DNA of 64,000 bases, from sequence record MN871447.1. One strand, written 5' to 3'. Within the stretch, counting starts at the first letter, position 1. Every line of letters begins with the position of its first letter. A program made the translations under genes and the position numbers. Below are positions 8,893 through 17,983 of the stretch, one piece after another. The notes below the pieces were generated by a model. That model worked only from the letters and a program-made list of their open reading frames with translations, was not told the origin of the DNA and did no database searches.

Positions 8893-9243
8893 TTACAAAG
8901 AATGGAACCATCCGTTTTCGTCTGGTTTCTCGGGGAATTTAAACGCGACAGTTTTATTGCGTTTAGCGAACTCTTGGTAGACCTTAGTACCGACCCAAAA
9001 CCCCCGCCGGATAATTTCAACATCGTCCCCGTTCAAACGGAAAGAGAACCGATGCTTCCCCGGGTCAAACGCGATGTCCAGGAAATGACCATCTTCTAAT
9101 TCGTCTACTGCGGACGTAAAGCGAAAATAGCCGCTTTTGTAAAGACACCCTGCCCGACTGGTTTGTCTGGAATTACCTACATTTTTAGGGACAGAAAGAA
9201 AACGCAAATTATCCAAATCAAGTTTCATGTTAATACCTGTCAA
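8893..9243 (-). CDS. Hypothetical protein, paralog family A (possibly AbrB-like)
   Basis: LDIAFDP..HRFSFRL...GFW...NGWF pattern shared with 26314-26733 and 27896-28309. Confidence 0.6.
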   Translation of the reverse strand: MTGINMKLDLDNLRFLSVPKNVGNSRQTSRAGCLYKSGYFRFTSAVDELEDGHFLDIAFDPGKHRFSFRLNGDDVEIIRRGFWVGTKVYQEFAKRNKTVAFKFPEKPDENGWFHSL

Positions 9244-9566
9244 TCGGTAAAGGTAATTGAAAAAGTTCCTTCGTTGCGATGCCAGTTAACCAGGAAGGGT
9301 AACCCTATTTCTTTTAAGATCTCGTTCAACGCACTTGCGGGAGTTTCTTGCTGACTTCTCCCGAAAAAGGGATTAGCGATAGTATTTTGTAGCTCCCAGA
9401 AACAGTTACCGTTTTTCCGCTTCTTAGAGAAGCGTTTTCGGGACGTGACGGGTTGTTTCAGATAGAGATGCAAAGGGCCTTTGTTACTCTGAACCACCAC
9501 TAAACGTACAAACTGGTCGCTGTAACGTAACTCACCAAACAAAATGTCTTTGATTTTCTTTAGCAT
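9240..9566 (-). CDS. Hypothetical protein
   Basis: 108-aa ORF overlapping neighbours by a few bp. Confidence 0.6.
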   Translation of the reverse strand: MLKKIKDILFGELRYSDQFVRLVVVQSNKGPLHLYLKQPVTSRKRFSKKRKNGNCFWELQNTIANPFFGRSQQETPASALNEILKEIGLPFLVNWHRNEGTFSITFTD

Positions 9567-9793
9567 TCGTTTAAATCTCCAGTAATCATCGTGGTTAAAT
9601 TCCTGACTTTATTCAGGGTCGCAATGTCTTTTTCGACCGAGGCCACCGGGATATTGTAAAAGAAAGCGATCTCTTCTACTCGCATACCATGACTGGCAGC
9701 GTTCTCCATCGTTCGGGCGATCTGCGGATTTTCGAATTGTGACATCAGTTCGTCAAACTCGGCCAGGTAAGCCAGATATTTGTCACGTTGCAT
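9560..9793 (-). CDS. Small helix-turn-helix protein
   Basis: HGMRVEEIAFFYNIPVASVEKDI is an HTH pattern; paralogous to 9826-10125. Confidence 0.6.
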   Translation of the reverse strand: MQRDKYLAYLAEFDELMSQFENPQIARTMENAASHGMRVEEIAFFYNIPVASVEKDIATLNKVRNLTTMITGDLNEC

Positions 9794-9825
9794 CCTTAGG
9801 TACCTTTTTACTGTGGCGGGTCAAA

Positions 9826-10125
9826 CTACTCATCGTACCCTTCTAATAGCGGGCTATGTCCGTTTTTAGAGATCCAAGCCTCCGCTAACTTATCAGATTT
9901 TTTCATAATCTCGGTGGCCTCGGTATAAATTTTAATATCATGATCGACATCATCTACCGGAACAGAAAAAGCGGCGGCAATTGTCTCGTCGTCTAAACCG
10001 TTTTCTCGGAACTGAATAAAGTAATGAGGTAAGTCAGTCCCGTGATGTCTCGCGGTAAAAAGTTGATCGTATCCTTTCATCCAAAGTTGATGGATTTCCA
10101 TTTCTTCCTGTTTTTCTTTTGTCAT
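9826..10125 (-). CDS. Small helix-turn-helix protein
   Basis: NGLDDETIAAAFSVPVDDVDHDI is an HTH pattern; paralogous to 9560-9793. Confidence 0.6.
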   Translation of the reverse strand: MTKEKQEEMEIHQLWMKGYDQLFTARHHGTDLPHYFIQFRENGLDDETIAAAFSVPVDDVDHDIKIYTEATEIMKKSDKLAEAWISKNGHSPLLEGYDE

Positions 10126-10153
10126 ATTTTCACCTCTTTCTGAATTTTATACA

Positions 10154-11128
10154 TCAGTCTTCCTTACTGCTCCCGGAAACTACGCTAGTACGAATCCACT
10201 TTATTTTCAGTTGGCGATTAGGGCTATTACGAGCACCGGTCCAATAGCCGTGCCAGTGTGCCCGTCTGATATGCGCTGCTCGCCCGGTCGTCTTCTGTCC
10301 TTTCTTTCGCTTCTCGATTTCTTCGAGGTAATCGACCCCTACCGGAAACTTACGGTGTGCGTTCAGGAACCGTAGGCTATAGTGTTTACCCGACCGTTTC
10401 ATCTGGGTAAGTCGAAAGGTATTACGGAAGTCAGCGCGGTCTTGCAACTCGTATTCCTGCGCAACAAACAATGCCACGTTGAGTAGCTTAGTGTACGTTT
10501 CACGGTACCCGTCACGCATTAGAATATCGACAGCTTTAACCGTATCGATATTGTATTCTTTTGCAGCCCGTACAATAGTAGGGTCAGAAGCAATGACCTC
10601 CTCCAGTGTCAAACCTTCATCAAACGGGAAGAATAACGTTTGCGGGAAGCCGTTATCATTATACGGGTAAACGATCGTTAGACCCTCTTTCCCGCTCCAG
10701 TGTGTAACCGTAGAAAGGAAAATCCCTTCGATAGTCGGTTCCTCCGGGAGAGGGTGTTTGATAGGGCACGCTGAAAGGTCGACGTACCCGGTCCAATGAG
10801 GGATAGTTTTCAAAACACTGAGCGGCAATTTACCGTTGAATTCAGAGTCCAATACATCGGGTAATAATTCAGTAGGGATCTGATATTCAGGTTTAGTAAT
10901 TTGCCAGCAATACGCCATGCTCGTATGCCAAAAGATTTCACGATAATACGGGTTAGTTAAATCGATCTTATTGTTCCAGTTACGATTCTCTCCCCATATT
11001 TCGATAGGGTAGAAATACGGTGGAACCTCCCCTTTCTTTTCCGTGAGGATACGATTGAAGAAATCCTTCGCGTCCCATGCCCGTAAACGGGGTAAGAGCG
11101 TTTTCTCCACTGTCTCCAGTATTTTCAT
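10154..11128 (-). CDS. AcrVA2/FinQ-family-like protein
   Basis: 324 aa; WQITKPEYQI, LPLSVLKTIPHWTGYVDLS and C-terminal AHIRRAHWHGYWTG...IKW match recalled AcrVA2 motifs (LPDWCVYVDIS; PHIRRGHWHGYWQG...VRW) and its ~320-aa length. Confidence 0.65.
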   Translation of the reverse strand: MKILETVEKTLLPRLRAWDAKDFFNRILTEKKGEVPPYFYPIEIWGENRNWNNKIDLTNPYYREIFWHTSMAYCWQITKPEYQIPTELLPDVLDSEFNGKLPLSVLKTIPHWTGYVDLSACPIKHPLPEEPTIEGIFLSTVTHWSGKEGLTIVYPYNDNGFPQTLFFPFDEGLTLEEVIASDPTIVRAAKEYNIDTVKAVDILMRDGYRETYTKLLNVALFVAQEYELQDRADFRNTFRLTQMKRSGKHYSLRFLNAHRKFPVGVDYLEEIEKRKKGQKTTGRAAHIRRAHWHGYWTGARNSPNRQLKIKWIRTSVVSGSSKED

Positions 11129-11431
11129 TTAGCTCTCCTCAGACTCGCGTGTTCCCAGGTTCCCGTTTCCGTTAAAGACGATTTGATAGTCTAACGTACC
11201 TTTACTGTTCAGCTCCTCTAAATGCTCAGAGACGGCCTCGTTATAGGGTTTGAGTAAGTGGTTCTTACCCAGCGCCTCTAGCGTCATGAAAATGATCAGG
11301 GTACTTTGATCAATCGGCGTAATGTTCTTATTCGTCAAGATCTCAATAACACGCGGAATATTCGCCTTGAGTTTCTCTAGGTCTTCATTCACCCGTAATC
11401 CCCTTATAAAACAATTCCATCCCTTTCTCAA
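11129..11431 (-). CDS. Hypothetical protein
   Basis: Tiles; true start probably GTG near 11392. Confidence 0.55.
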   Translation of the reverse strand: MRKGWNCFIRGLRVNEDLEKLKANIPRVIEILTNKNITPIDQSTLIIFMTLEALGKNHLLKPYNEAVSEHLEELNSKGTLDYQIVFNGNGNLGTRESEES

Positions 11432-11990
11432 CGTTACTGCAAAAGACAGAGAAAAGCGCCTCTCGTAGCGATTGCGGCCGGAAGGGGTTATTAGCCTGCA
11501 CGTGAACGTCGTAAACCGCTTTGTTTGCTAAACGTGCAGTGAACGTTTGTTTTGTCAATTTAAGCGTCTTGACGTCATGGCCGTAGGATTTACAGACCTT
11601 CCGTCCCTCGGTAAAGACCAACCCCATCGCACCGTGACCAACCAAAAGTTTGTCAGTCGGTACGAGTAGCGGGTGCTCTTTAGTACGGGGGCTAACAACC
11701 GTCCACCACATGTTCACAGGGATGAACCAATATGCATCTTTCGGGTTAAGATGCGTCCAGTCGCGGATGCAGTTGTACATCTCTTCCTGCGTGGTCGGGC
11801 GGAAGTCGACCTGAACCCCGTTCATATTTTCACTGTGGTCATATTCGTAGATTTTACGGCCCATCTTAACCGAATAGACAAAGGCAATAATCGAATTATC
11901 TTGACGTAAAAGATTTTCTCTTGCCCATTTGCCGTATTCGATCTCTAACGCGATGACCTTTTCTGCAATGCTGTTTTCCATTTCGCTCAC
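11385..11990 (-). CDS. Hypothetical protein
   Basis: 201-aa ORF tiling with neighbours. Confidence 0.65.
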   Translation of the reverse strand: MSEMENSIAEKVIALEIEYGKWARENLLRQDNSIIAFVYSVKMGRKIYEYDHSENMNGVQVDFRPTTQEEMYNCIRDWTHLNPKDAYWFIPVNMWWTVVSPRTKEHPLLVPTDKLLVGHGAMGLVFTEGRKVCKSYGHDVKTLKLTKQTFTARLANKAVYDVHVQANNPFRPQSLREALFSVFCSNVEKGMELFYKGITGE

Positions 11991-11993
11991 CGG

Positions 11994-12368
11994 TTAATTA
12001 ACTAAGTTTTTCAGACTGACTTTCTCTAAGCCAGAGAACATTTTTGAGATTGAATTACCAAAATCTTCCCCTTTCAACTCTTTTTCAAGCGCGTGGTAAA
12101 GTTCGTCGAGCGTTTCATACTCTATTTTCGTTAATGAAGTTGAATAAGCTTTGGCCCGCGCCAAAATATCTTCCTTGTAAACGTAAGCGAAAGCTTCGAT
12201 TTTAGATAAATCGCGCACAGCAGCAACTGTAAGAGCACTATGTAATTTCGGAGATGCTTTTGGGTTCTGCAGCGTCGCCGAGATATTCCCAACAAGAAAC
12301 CCAATAACGTAATCTGATTGTTTAAAAGCAGAGAATAATTTTTCATCGACGTTTTTCAGCGTGTTCAT
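11994..12368 (-). CDS. Hypothetical protein
   Basis: 124-aa ORF with AAGG RBS. Confidence 0.65.
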   Translation of the reverse strand: MNTLKNVDEKLFSAFKQSDYVIGFLVGNISATLQNPKASPKLHSALTVAAVRDLSKIEAFAYVYKEDILARAKAYSTSLTKIEYETLDELYHALEKELKGEDFGNSISKMFSGLEKVSLKNLVN

Positions 12369-12401
12369 TTTGTTTACCTTTTGCGTTTTAAGAAAAAATA
12401 A

Positions 12402-12590
12402 TTAAATATCTAAAGTGGGATTCCACCAAGTAGCCAGGCCGTCCAGCTCTTTGACAACTTTCGCTGCCTGTCGTGCAGGAATACGGTACTTTCTTGCGAC
12501 TCGACGCTTTGCGCTTTTTACCGTGGTCATGCAGGTAGACAGATCGTAGGTGACCAGGTTATCGATTTTCTTACGTAGTGATTCTTTCAT
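12402..12590 (-). CDS. Small basic hypothetical protein
   Basis: 62 aa; SAKRRVARKYRIPARQAAKVV could be an HTH. Confidence 0.55.
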   Translation of the reverse strand: MKESLRKKIDNLVTYDLSTCMTTVKSAKRRVARKYRIPARQAAKVVKELDGLATWWNPTLDI

Positions 12591-12604
12591 TGTTTGGTTC
12601 TCTG

Positions 12605-12871
12605 TTATTGGATAATGATGGCGTTGTCGCTTTTCTTGAGGATCTGTTCACGGGTGTAGAGTTGGTTATCAAAACCCGTAGATGAGATAAAAACGCCGTT
12701 ACCGAAATTGATGTAGCAGCCATCGCTATAAATGACTTCCACTTGTGAATAAAGCCGTTTCGTTAGTTTACACTGCTCTAAATCGTATTCTTTCTTTTTA
12801 GAAAGAAAATAAGGCGTTGCCAACAACATTAGAATAACCAGACCAAGAAGAACATATATCAATTTTTTCAT
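12605..12871 (-). CDS. Small membrane-anchored protein
   Basis: N-terminal hydrophobic segment LIYVLLGLVILMLLA; two Cys in the soluble part. Confidence 0.6.
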   Translation of the reverse strand: MKKLIYVLLGLVILMLLATPYFLSKKKEYDLEQCKLTKRLYSQVEVIYSDGCYINFGNGVFISSTGFDNQLYTREQILKKSDNAIIIQ

Positions 12872-13128
12872 GCGAGTTTCTCTCTGAGTGCCATGTAAAG
12901 TAAACCGACCTGGTCGGCGATGATTTTTCCTCGGCTGATAACAATCGGTTTCTGCGTTCCGTAGAACTCAATCGTTAACTTGATAAAAGGGACATCGCCA
13001 AGTATCCCTTTTAATTTACGGCACTCTTCTTCCTTGCGAACATTTCTGACATCACGAAGAAAGAAGATATAATTCTTATCATTATCATCAACAATGACTT
13101 TATTACCTACGATACTAAACTTAGGCAT
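12868..13128 (-). CDS. Hypothetical protein
   Basis: 86-aa ORF tiling with neighbours. Confidence 0.6.
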   Translation of the reverse strand: MPKFSIVGNKVIVDDNDKNYIFFLRDVRNVRKEEECRKLKGILGDVPFIKLTIEFYGTQKPIVISRGKIIADQVGLLYMALREKLA

Positions 13129-13474
13129 GTTTTCTTACCTTAACTAAGGGAACATTAATCGATTTAACGTTGTTGATTTTATAGCGCTGAGCAGAAACCC
13201 CAAAGGTGCGTACTCGAATCCCAGTCTCTCCGACGAAACGCAGGTGAGAGAGGGTAGAAAGCAAAGTAACAAAGTCTATTTTGGTTATTCGACTCCATCC
13301 CAGAATAGCAACGGCGTTTTTCCCGACCAAACTCTCGATACAGATTTGAACAGGGTGGGTGTTAGGGGCGGCCAGAGACCGCTCCTCAATGACCGCTTCT
13401 AACCAATTGCTAAGAGGAGCAGATTCCTCTAACGTGGGGATACGGTATTCTTTAACTGCCATAGCTGTTCTCAA
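13121..13474 (-). CDS. Hypothetical protein
   Basis: 117-aa ORF tiling with neighbours. Confidence 0.6.
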   Translation of the reverse strand: MRTAMAVKEYRIPTLEESAPLSNWLEAVIEERSLAAPNTHPVQICIESLVGKNAVAILGWSRITKIDFVTLLSTLSHLRFVGETGIRVRTFGVSAQRYKINNVKSINVPLVKVRKHA

Positions 13475-13952
13475 AGCGGAAGAAAGAACCCTCGATGGAG
13501 ACCATCACCTTGCTTTCCGCAGGGTACAATTCGTCTAAGGCATCTGCCATCACTTTCTCAATATCGATGTCTCCCCTCACACAAGGACAAATACCGCCAG
13601 TGATTTCTTTAGTGGCGGTCGAGTCAAGTGTGAGCTTCATGACAAGGTCACAGTCAGCATCGACACACGCCATGACGCTGACGTTGTCTCTTTCATAGTC
13701 CAACTGGAAGCGGTAGTTATTATTGCCTGAATTATGAATATGGAACTCCTCAGGGATCTCCCCCGTCTTGTTACATTTCTCAAGAAGCGAAAGGACAAGA
13801 TTGACGTGTTCTTTGACTAAATGAACAACGTTGTTTTTCATTTTCTCTACGGCTTCTTTTTGTCCTTTAACATGGGACATAATCGCATTGAAAGCGACTT
13901 CAGAAGAAACAAAGGTTTTTAAAACCGCAGCAGAACGAAATTCAGTGGACAT
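13452..13952 (-). CDS. Hypothetical protein, first gene after an early-type promoter
   Basis: 166 aa; GGAG RBS; promoter at 14010-14032. Confidence 0.65.
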   Translation of the reverse strand: MSTEFRSAAVLKTFVSSEVAFNAIMSHVKGQKEAVEKMKNNVVHLVKEHVNLVLSLLEKCNKTGEIPEEFHIHNSGNNNYRFQLDYERDNVSVMACVDADCDLVMKLTLDSTATKEITGGICPCVRGDIDIEKVMADALDELYPAESKVMVSIEGSFFRFENSYGS

Positions 13953-14009
13953 TTTTTATCTCCGTGTTAAGTACAAACTATTTAAAGACCAAGTAATTTT
14001 TGTTACCTT

Positions 14010-14032
14010 CACTCAAGTGATATAGGCTTTAA
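14010..14032 (-). promoter_or_regulatory. Putative phage early promoter, copy 2
   Basis: TTAAAGCCTATATCACTTGAGTG; heads the ~5.6-kb gene run containing the AcrVA2-like gene. Confidence 0.75.
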
Positions 14033-14051
14033 AACGAATCGAAACAAAAAA

Positions 14052-14083
14052 AAAAGAAAGAGGGAATGACCCCTCTTTCTTTT
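14052..14083 (-). terminator. Intrinsic terminator
   Basis: 13-bp stem AAAAGAAAGAGGG/CCCTCTTTCTTTT followed by a long T run on minus strand. Confidence 0.85.
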
Positions 14084-14090
14084 ATTAGCC

Positions 14091-15407
14091 TTAGTTCAGA
14101 GAACGCCCTGTTTGAACGACGACTTCGCCTTCTTTCAGGTAGATTTTCTTGCGCGGCTTACGCAGCGCCGTTGCCAGCGGGATATCGCTCTTAGGAACGA
14201 CATCAAACTTCGGTAAACCCGCCGCCGCGCGAGCTTCAACGGCCTCCATCGGGGTCAGCATACGGAAGTGTAACGGCTCGCCAAGATAGTGACGGCCATC
14301 GCGCATCAGTGCCGGTTCGATTTTCGATTTGTCGGTCAGGTTAGTCGTGATAATGATTTTACGCGTAGTGGCGCTCCCTACGCCGTCGGTTTCGTTCAGC
14401 AATTCTGACATCATCGTGTTACCGTCAGCACGCGGACGTAAGAGGATATCCCCATCTTCCACAATCACGATTGGGAAGGTAGGCTCTTTACGGGTTTTCG
14501 CATCGTGGCTGTTTGGCAGCGTCAGCATATTACGGGTATTTTCAAAATGCGAACGGTCTTTGAAAAGTTCATAACGCGCATTTTCACCACTGGAGATTTC
14601 AACCCTTTCCATTTTGTCGTCGCTGAACGCGAAGATCTTAGAGATGAATTCTGGGTTTTCGAGGACCTCAGTTTTCTTCGCGTAGATCGGGAAAAGGTTC
14701 AGCGCCACGCAGGCAGCGGAAATGGCGGTCGATTTCCCGGTACCGGGTTCACCCATGAGAATCAGAACCGATTCATCAGACTGAATAAAGTCTTCGATGA
14801 GCGCTTCCACACCGCCGTTCAGGAACGGATAGAATTCCTTCTTCGTTTCGCCGCTATGACGCATGACTCTGGGTTCAAGGTGAGTCATTTCACCCATTGG
14901 CGTTTTCCGAATAACGACTTCAGAATAATAAAATTCCTCTTTCGTTTCGTCAGTACGGTGATCGATTTTGATATTTTCTTGGATCTGAATCAACAGATCG
15001 TCGTAGATATCTTTCGCCATCATACCTTCGATAGAGAGGTTAGACCTGATGTCGCTTTGAATACGAATACAGGCGATCGGACGATTGTATTTATCCAGTC
15101 CAATGAACTGGTCATCGTCGTGCTGGAAGAAGCGATGTTTTTCCAGGAACGCAGTTAACCACTGCGTGGATTCGAAGTAGTATTTATTCTGATCGAACAT
15201 TCGATCGGTATCGATGTTGAAGATAGGGAGTCGATTTGCAGTCAGGAAATGACGTACCATTTTATTGACGCGAATTTCTTCCTCGTTATTGCCTACGAAA
15301 CGTGCGTAGCTCCCGTAAGCTTCGCCGAACGATTCGAAGATATCATTCAATGATTTAATAGGTGCGTTATCAGAGAGAGATCCAGAGAAAAAAGCGTGCT
15401 TGTCCAT
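14091..15407 (-). CDS. AAA+ ATPase
   Basis: Walker A GEPGTGKS, Walker B IVIVED, sensor IIITTN, arginine finger ALMRDGR. Confidence 0.85.
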   Translation of the reverse strand: MDKHAFFSGSLSDNAPIKSLNDIFESFGEAYGSYARFVGNNEEEIRVNKMVRHFLTANRLPIFNIDTDRMFDQNKYYFESTQWLTAFLEKHRFFQHDDDQFIGLDKYNRPIACIRIQSDIRSNLSIEGMMAKDIYDDLLIQIQENIKIDHRTDETKEEFYYSEVVIRKTPMGEMTHLEPRVMRHSGETKKEFYPFLNGGVEALIEDFIQSDESVLILMGEPGTGKSTAISAACVALNLFPIYAKKTEVLENPEFISKIFAFSDDKMERVEISSGENARYELFKDRSHFENTRNMLTLPNSHDAKTRKEPTFPIVIVEDGDILLRPRADGNTMMSELLNETDGVGSATTRKIIITTNLTDKSKIEPALMRDGRHYLGEPLHFRMLTPMEAVEARAAAGLPKFDVVPKSDIPLATALRKPRKKIYLKEGEVVVQTGRSLN

Positions 15408-15449
15408 TTAAAGTTCCTTAACGTTGTTTGTATCAGGGTGAGTTTATTT

Positions 15450-15472
15450 CAATGACGTGATATAGATCTTAA
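15450..15472 (-). promoter_or_regulatory. Putative phage early promoter, copy 3
   Basis: TTAAGATCTATATCACGTCATTG upstream of AAA+ ATPase. Confidence 0.75.
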
Positions 15473-15490
15473 AACTTTTAGAAAACAGGA

Positions 15491-15514
15491 GAGAGGAGGC
15501 GTTTGCCTCCTCTC
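15491..15514 (-). terminator. Terminator-like hairpin
   Basis: 10-bp stem GAGAGGAGGC/GCCTCCTCTC right after stop at 15517. Confidence 0.7.
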
Positions 15515-15516
15515 GA

Positions 15517-15870
15517 TTAATGAAACCAGTCGTAGCTGATCAGTCCGAGATGAACAGAGCACCAAACGATAAAATAAAAGGTCAATAACACCGCCGCTAC
15601 TAATACCTCCGGTTCCTTCTTAAATTGATAACGCTTAAAAAGGTAACCCGGATAGAATATTAGCCACCAGTAACTGGGCGATTGATCATTTTTCCCGGTA
15701 CTTAATTGGAATTTATCCAGGAAGATCGAGAAGAACAACCAGACGATATAAAGGAAACTGATTACCCAAAGGTTATCAAACGGGAACGAATGATTTTCTG
15801 ACTGGGAAAAGCAAATCGAGTAATAGCCGAAGGTAAGTAGATAACCGATTAACCACCACGCTATTTTCAT
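15517..15870 (-). CDS. Small multi-pass membrane protein
   Basis: 3-4 hydrophobic segments; SYWWLIFYPGYLFKR motif shared with 32336-32740. Confidence 0.65.
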   Translation of the reverse strand: MKIAWWLIGYLLTFGYYSICFSQSENHSFPFDNLWVISFLYIVWLFFSIFLDKFQLSTGKNDQSPSYWWLIFYPGYLFKRYQFKKEPEVLVAAVLLTFYFIVWCSVHLGLISYDWFH

Positions 15871-16334
15871 TGTAGCATATCCGTACTGTAGGTTGAGATT
15901 AGAGCCTTGAGCTGTTTAAGGTTATATTTTCCTTTTAATTCCTCCCATGGGCCGTCTTTAAAAAACTGCATTTCAATGCTACGACAGTCAACATAACTAG
16001 AATAACCTTCTACTTTAATAACTAGTCGTAAACCGACCAACCGGCTAGGGGGTACTTTGGGTAACTTCAGCGGGATATGAATACTGAAATTATTCTTTCG
16101 CATAATCCCTTGGTTATTGGAATCGGGAATACGGTAGACTTTAGCCGAACTCCACGGATCGACGTAATTGGCTTTGGTAATATCGTTAACGTCGAAAAGA
16201 GAATACGCGGTGCGCTCTAGCGCCTGCAAGTAAAGATCAGTCCTTAGCCAAGGAAGATCTAAATCGTAGATGTCTTTTAAAGACCGACTAAGCGGAGTGT
16301 TGAGTTTAAATTCCATTGCGTTTTCTTTTACCAT
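15867..16334 (-). CDS. Hypothetical protein
   Basis: 155-aa ORF tiling with neighbours. Confidence 0.6.
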   Translation of the reverse strand: MVKENAMEFKLNTPLSRSLKDIYDLDLPWLRTDLYLQALERTAYSLFDVNDITKANYVDPWSSAKVYRIPDSNNQGIMRKNNFSIHIPLKLPKVPPSRLVGLRLVIKVEGYSSYVDCRSIEMQFFKDGPWEELKGKYNLKQLKALISTYSTDMLQ

Positions 16335-16639
16335 TAAAAGATGAGTCTGATTTCAAAACGCACAGGTATTTTCAAGTGCTTCAATTTTGCTCTTGCTTTT
16401 CCTGAACAGGCGACTTCAAGCACCAGTTTCTCTGGTAAGTGGTAATCGAACTTGTTCAGATAATCGATACGTTTCTTGATAGACTCGATTGCAGTATTAA
16501 TCAAGAACGGCGCTCCTGTCGGTTTCCCGTCTAACGTGAAATAACCTTTAAGCGGGAGAACACCGAACAAGGAATTAATAGAGACTGCCCATTCAGGCAG
16601 TCCTTCTATCGCGTGATAATACGGAAGTTGTTTCATCAC
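16334..16639 (-). CDS. Hypothetical protein
   Basis: 101-aa ORF with 1-4 bp overlaps. Confidence 0.6.
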   Translation of the reverse strand: MMKQLPYYHAIEGLPEWAVSINSLFGVLPLKGYFTLDGKPTGAPFLINTAIESIKKRIDYLNKFDYHLPEKLVLEVACSGKARAKLKHLKIPVRFEIRLIF

Positions 16640-17964
16640 TTACCTTTCATTACTAATGTGCAGGGTTGCCAGATACCACGTTCGCGTGCGGCAATCTGCG
16701 CATTTTGTAAAATCACTACTTGATCAGAAAGGTCGCCGTTTTTAGGAACGACTTCATTAGCAGGAATAGTCATACGCAGCTCTTCCCCTTCGAAGTAGAC
16801 CTCTGTAATAGCATCCGCACTGAGATTCTCTTCGACGTTGAGCATAATCCATTGATCTGCTTTACGTACTTCATTCTCCGCCATGATATCCGCGTATTGA
16901 GTAATCAGTTTACGATTACGCACTGTCTCCTCAGAACTCGATACACGCCCGCTGTGGATGGTCCAGAATTCCCCGCCAAAATGCGCATAGCCGCTCTTCT
17001 TAACGTCCCCGTCTTTAAGCCCAGCAGAGCCGAATAAACGAATAGCCGGAGAGGCCATCAGGCCACGCCAACGTAACGCGTCGCGTACTAACTCGTTGTG
17101 CTCATCGATGGTATTAGCGCCATTGGTGAAGGTCTCTTTAAAACCGAGGTTTTTAATTTCATCGGTACTCGGGGTTTTTAGTGTAACTGATGTCCCGGAT
17201 GCGGGTAACTCAATGTTTACCTTTTTCGCTAATTCGGCGCGGATAAAAGCCTGAAGTTCATCAGACGTTTCAGTGACGGGGATAGCGAAACGATCGTTGA
17301 CGTCAGGGACTGGTTTCAGGTTAAAACCGAGCAGGTTGTTCCGGCCATTACGGAAAGTGATCAACACGGTATTGTTGTCGTTCTGGACGCGGACATTATT
17401 GATAGGGCCGTTATAATCAGAACCGCTTAGGGTTTCATACAGCGCCCGGATTTCTGTTTCAACGTCTTTGCTAAACTGCGCTTTCGGATAGGGTTTAGTC
17501 ATCCCTGGTTCCTGAAGCCCAAAATCCCATTCGATTATCTCGTGAATCTCCCGCCTAGGTTTATTGGGTTCAATAACCGATTGACGACGAAGTTCAGCCA
17601 ATTCCTGAGCCATACGCCGTACTTCGTACATGAATACCGTACAGCCGTCAGGTTGAGTAGGAAGAGTTTGATAATATTCGATACGGCTCAGGGGGAGTTG
17701 ATCTTGCTTGTCCATTTCAACCTCGGTCAGTTTGTCCAATAAAGCGATTTCGTTGTAAGTGCCAAATACGGTGTCTATTCCGTATTTATACTCTTCAATT
17801 TCTTCTTTCGGTAATTTACCGTAAAAGATATAATCGATACCGTTACACGGTTCGCAAATAACCCCGCCTAGTGCTTCAATACGCTTAGCGTACTGTTCAC
17901 GACTGAACCGACTAAACTCACCCACTAATGCAATGTGCATTTTATCCAGAGTATCACCTGGCAT
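16636..17964 (-). CDS. Protein with N-terminal BRCT-like domain
   Basis: HIALVGEFSRFSREQYAKRIEALGGVICEPCNGIDYIFYG follows the BRCT pattern of NAD-dependent ligase C-termini; remainder unknown. Confidence 0.55.
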   Translation of the reverse strand: MPGDTLDKMHIALVGEFSRFSREQYAKRIEALGGVICEPCNGIDYIFYGKLPKEEIEEYKYGIDTVFGTYNEIALLDKLTEVEMDKQDQLPLSRIEYYQTLPTQPDGCTVFMYEVRRMAQELAELRRQSVIEPNKPRREIHEIIEWDFGLQEPGMTKPYPKAQFSKDVETEIRALYETLSGSDYNGPINNVRVQNDNNTVLITFRNGRNNLLGFNLKPVPDVNDRFAIPVTETSDELQAFIRAELAKKVNIELPASGTSVTLKTPSTDEIKNLGFKETFTNGANTIDEHNELVRDALRWRGLMASPAIRLFGSAGLKDGDVKKSGYAHFGGEFWTIHSGRVSSSEETVRNRKLITQYADIMAENEVRKADQWIMLNVEENLSADAITEVYFEGEELRMTIPANEVVPKNGDLSDQVVILQNAQIAARERGIWQPCTLVMKGK

Positions 17965-17983
17965 TTACTACCCCTTTAATTAG

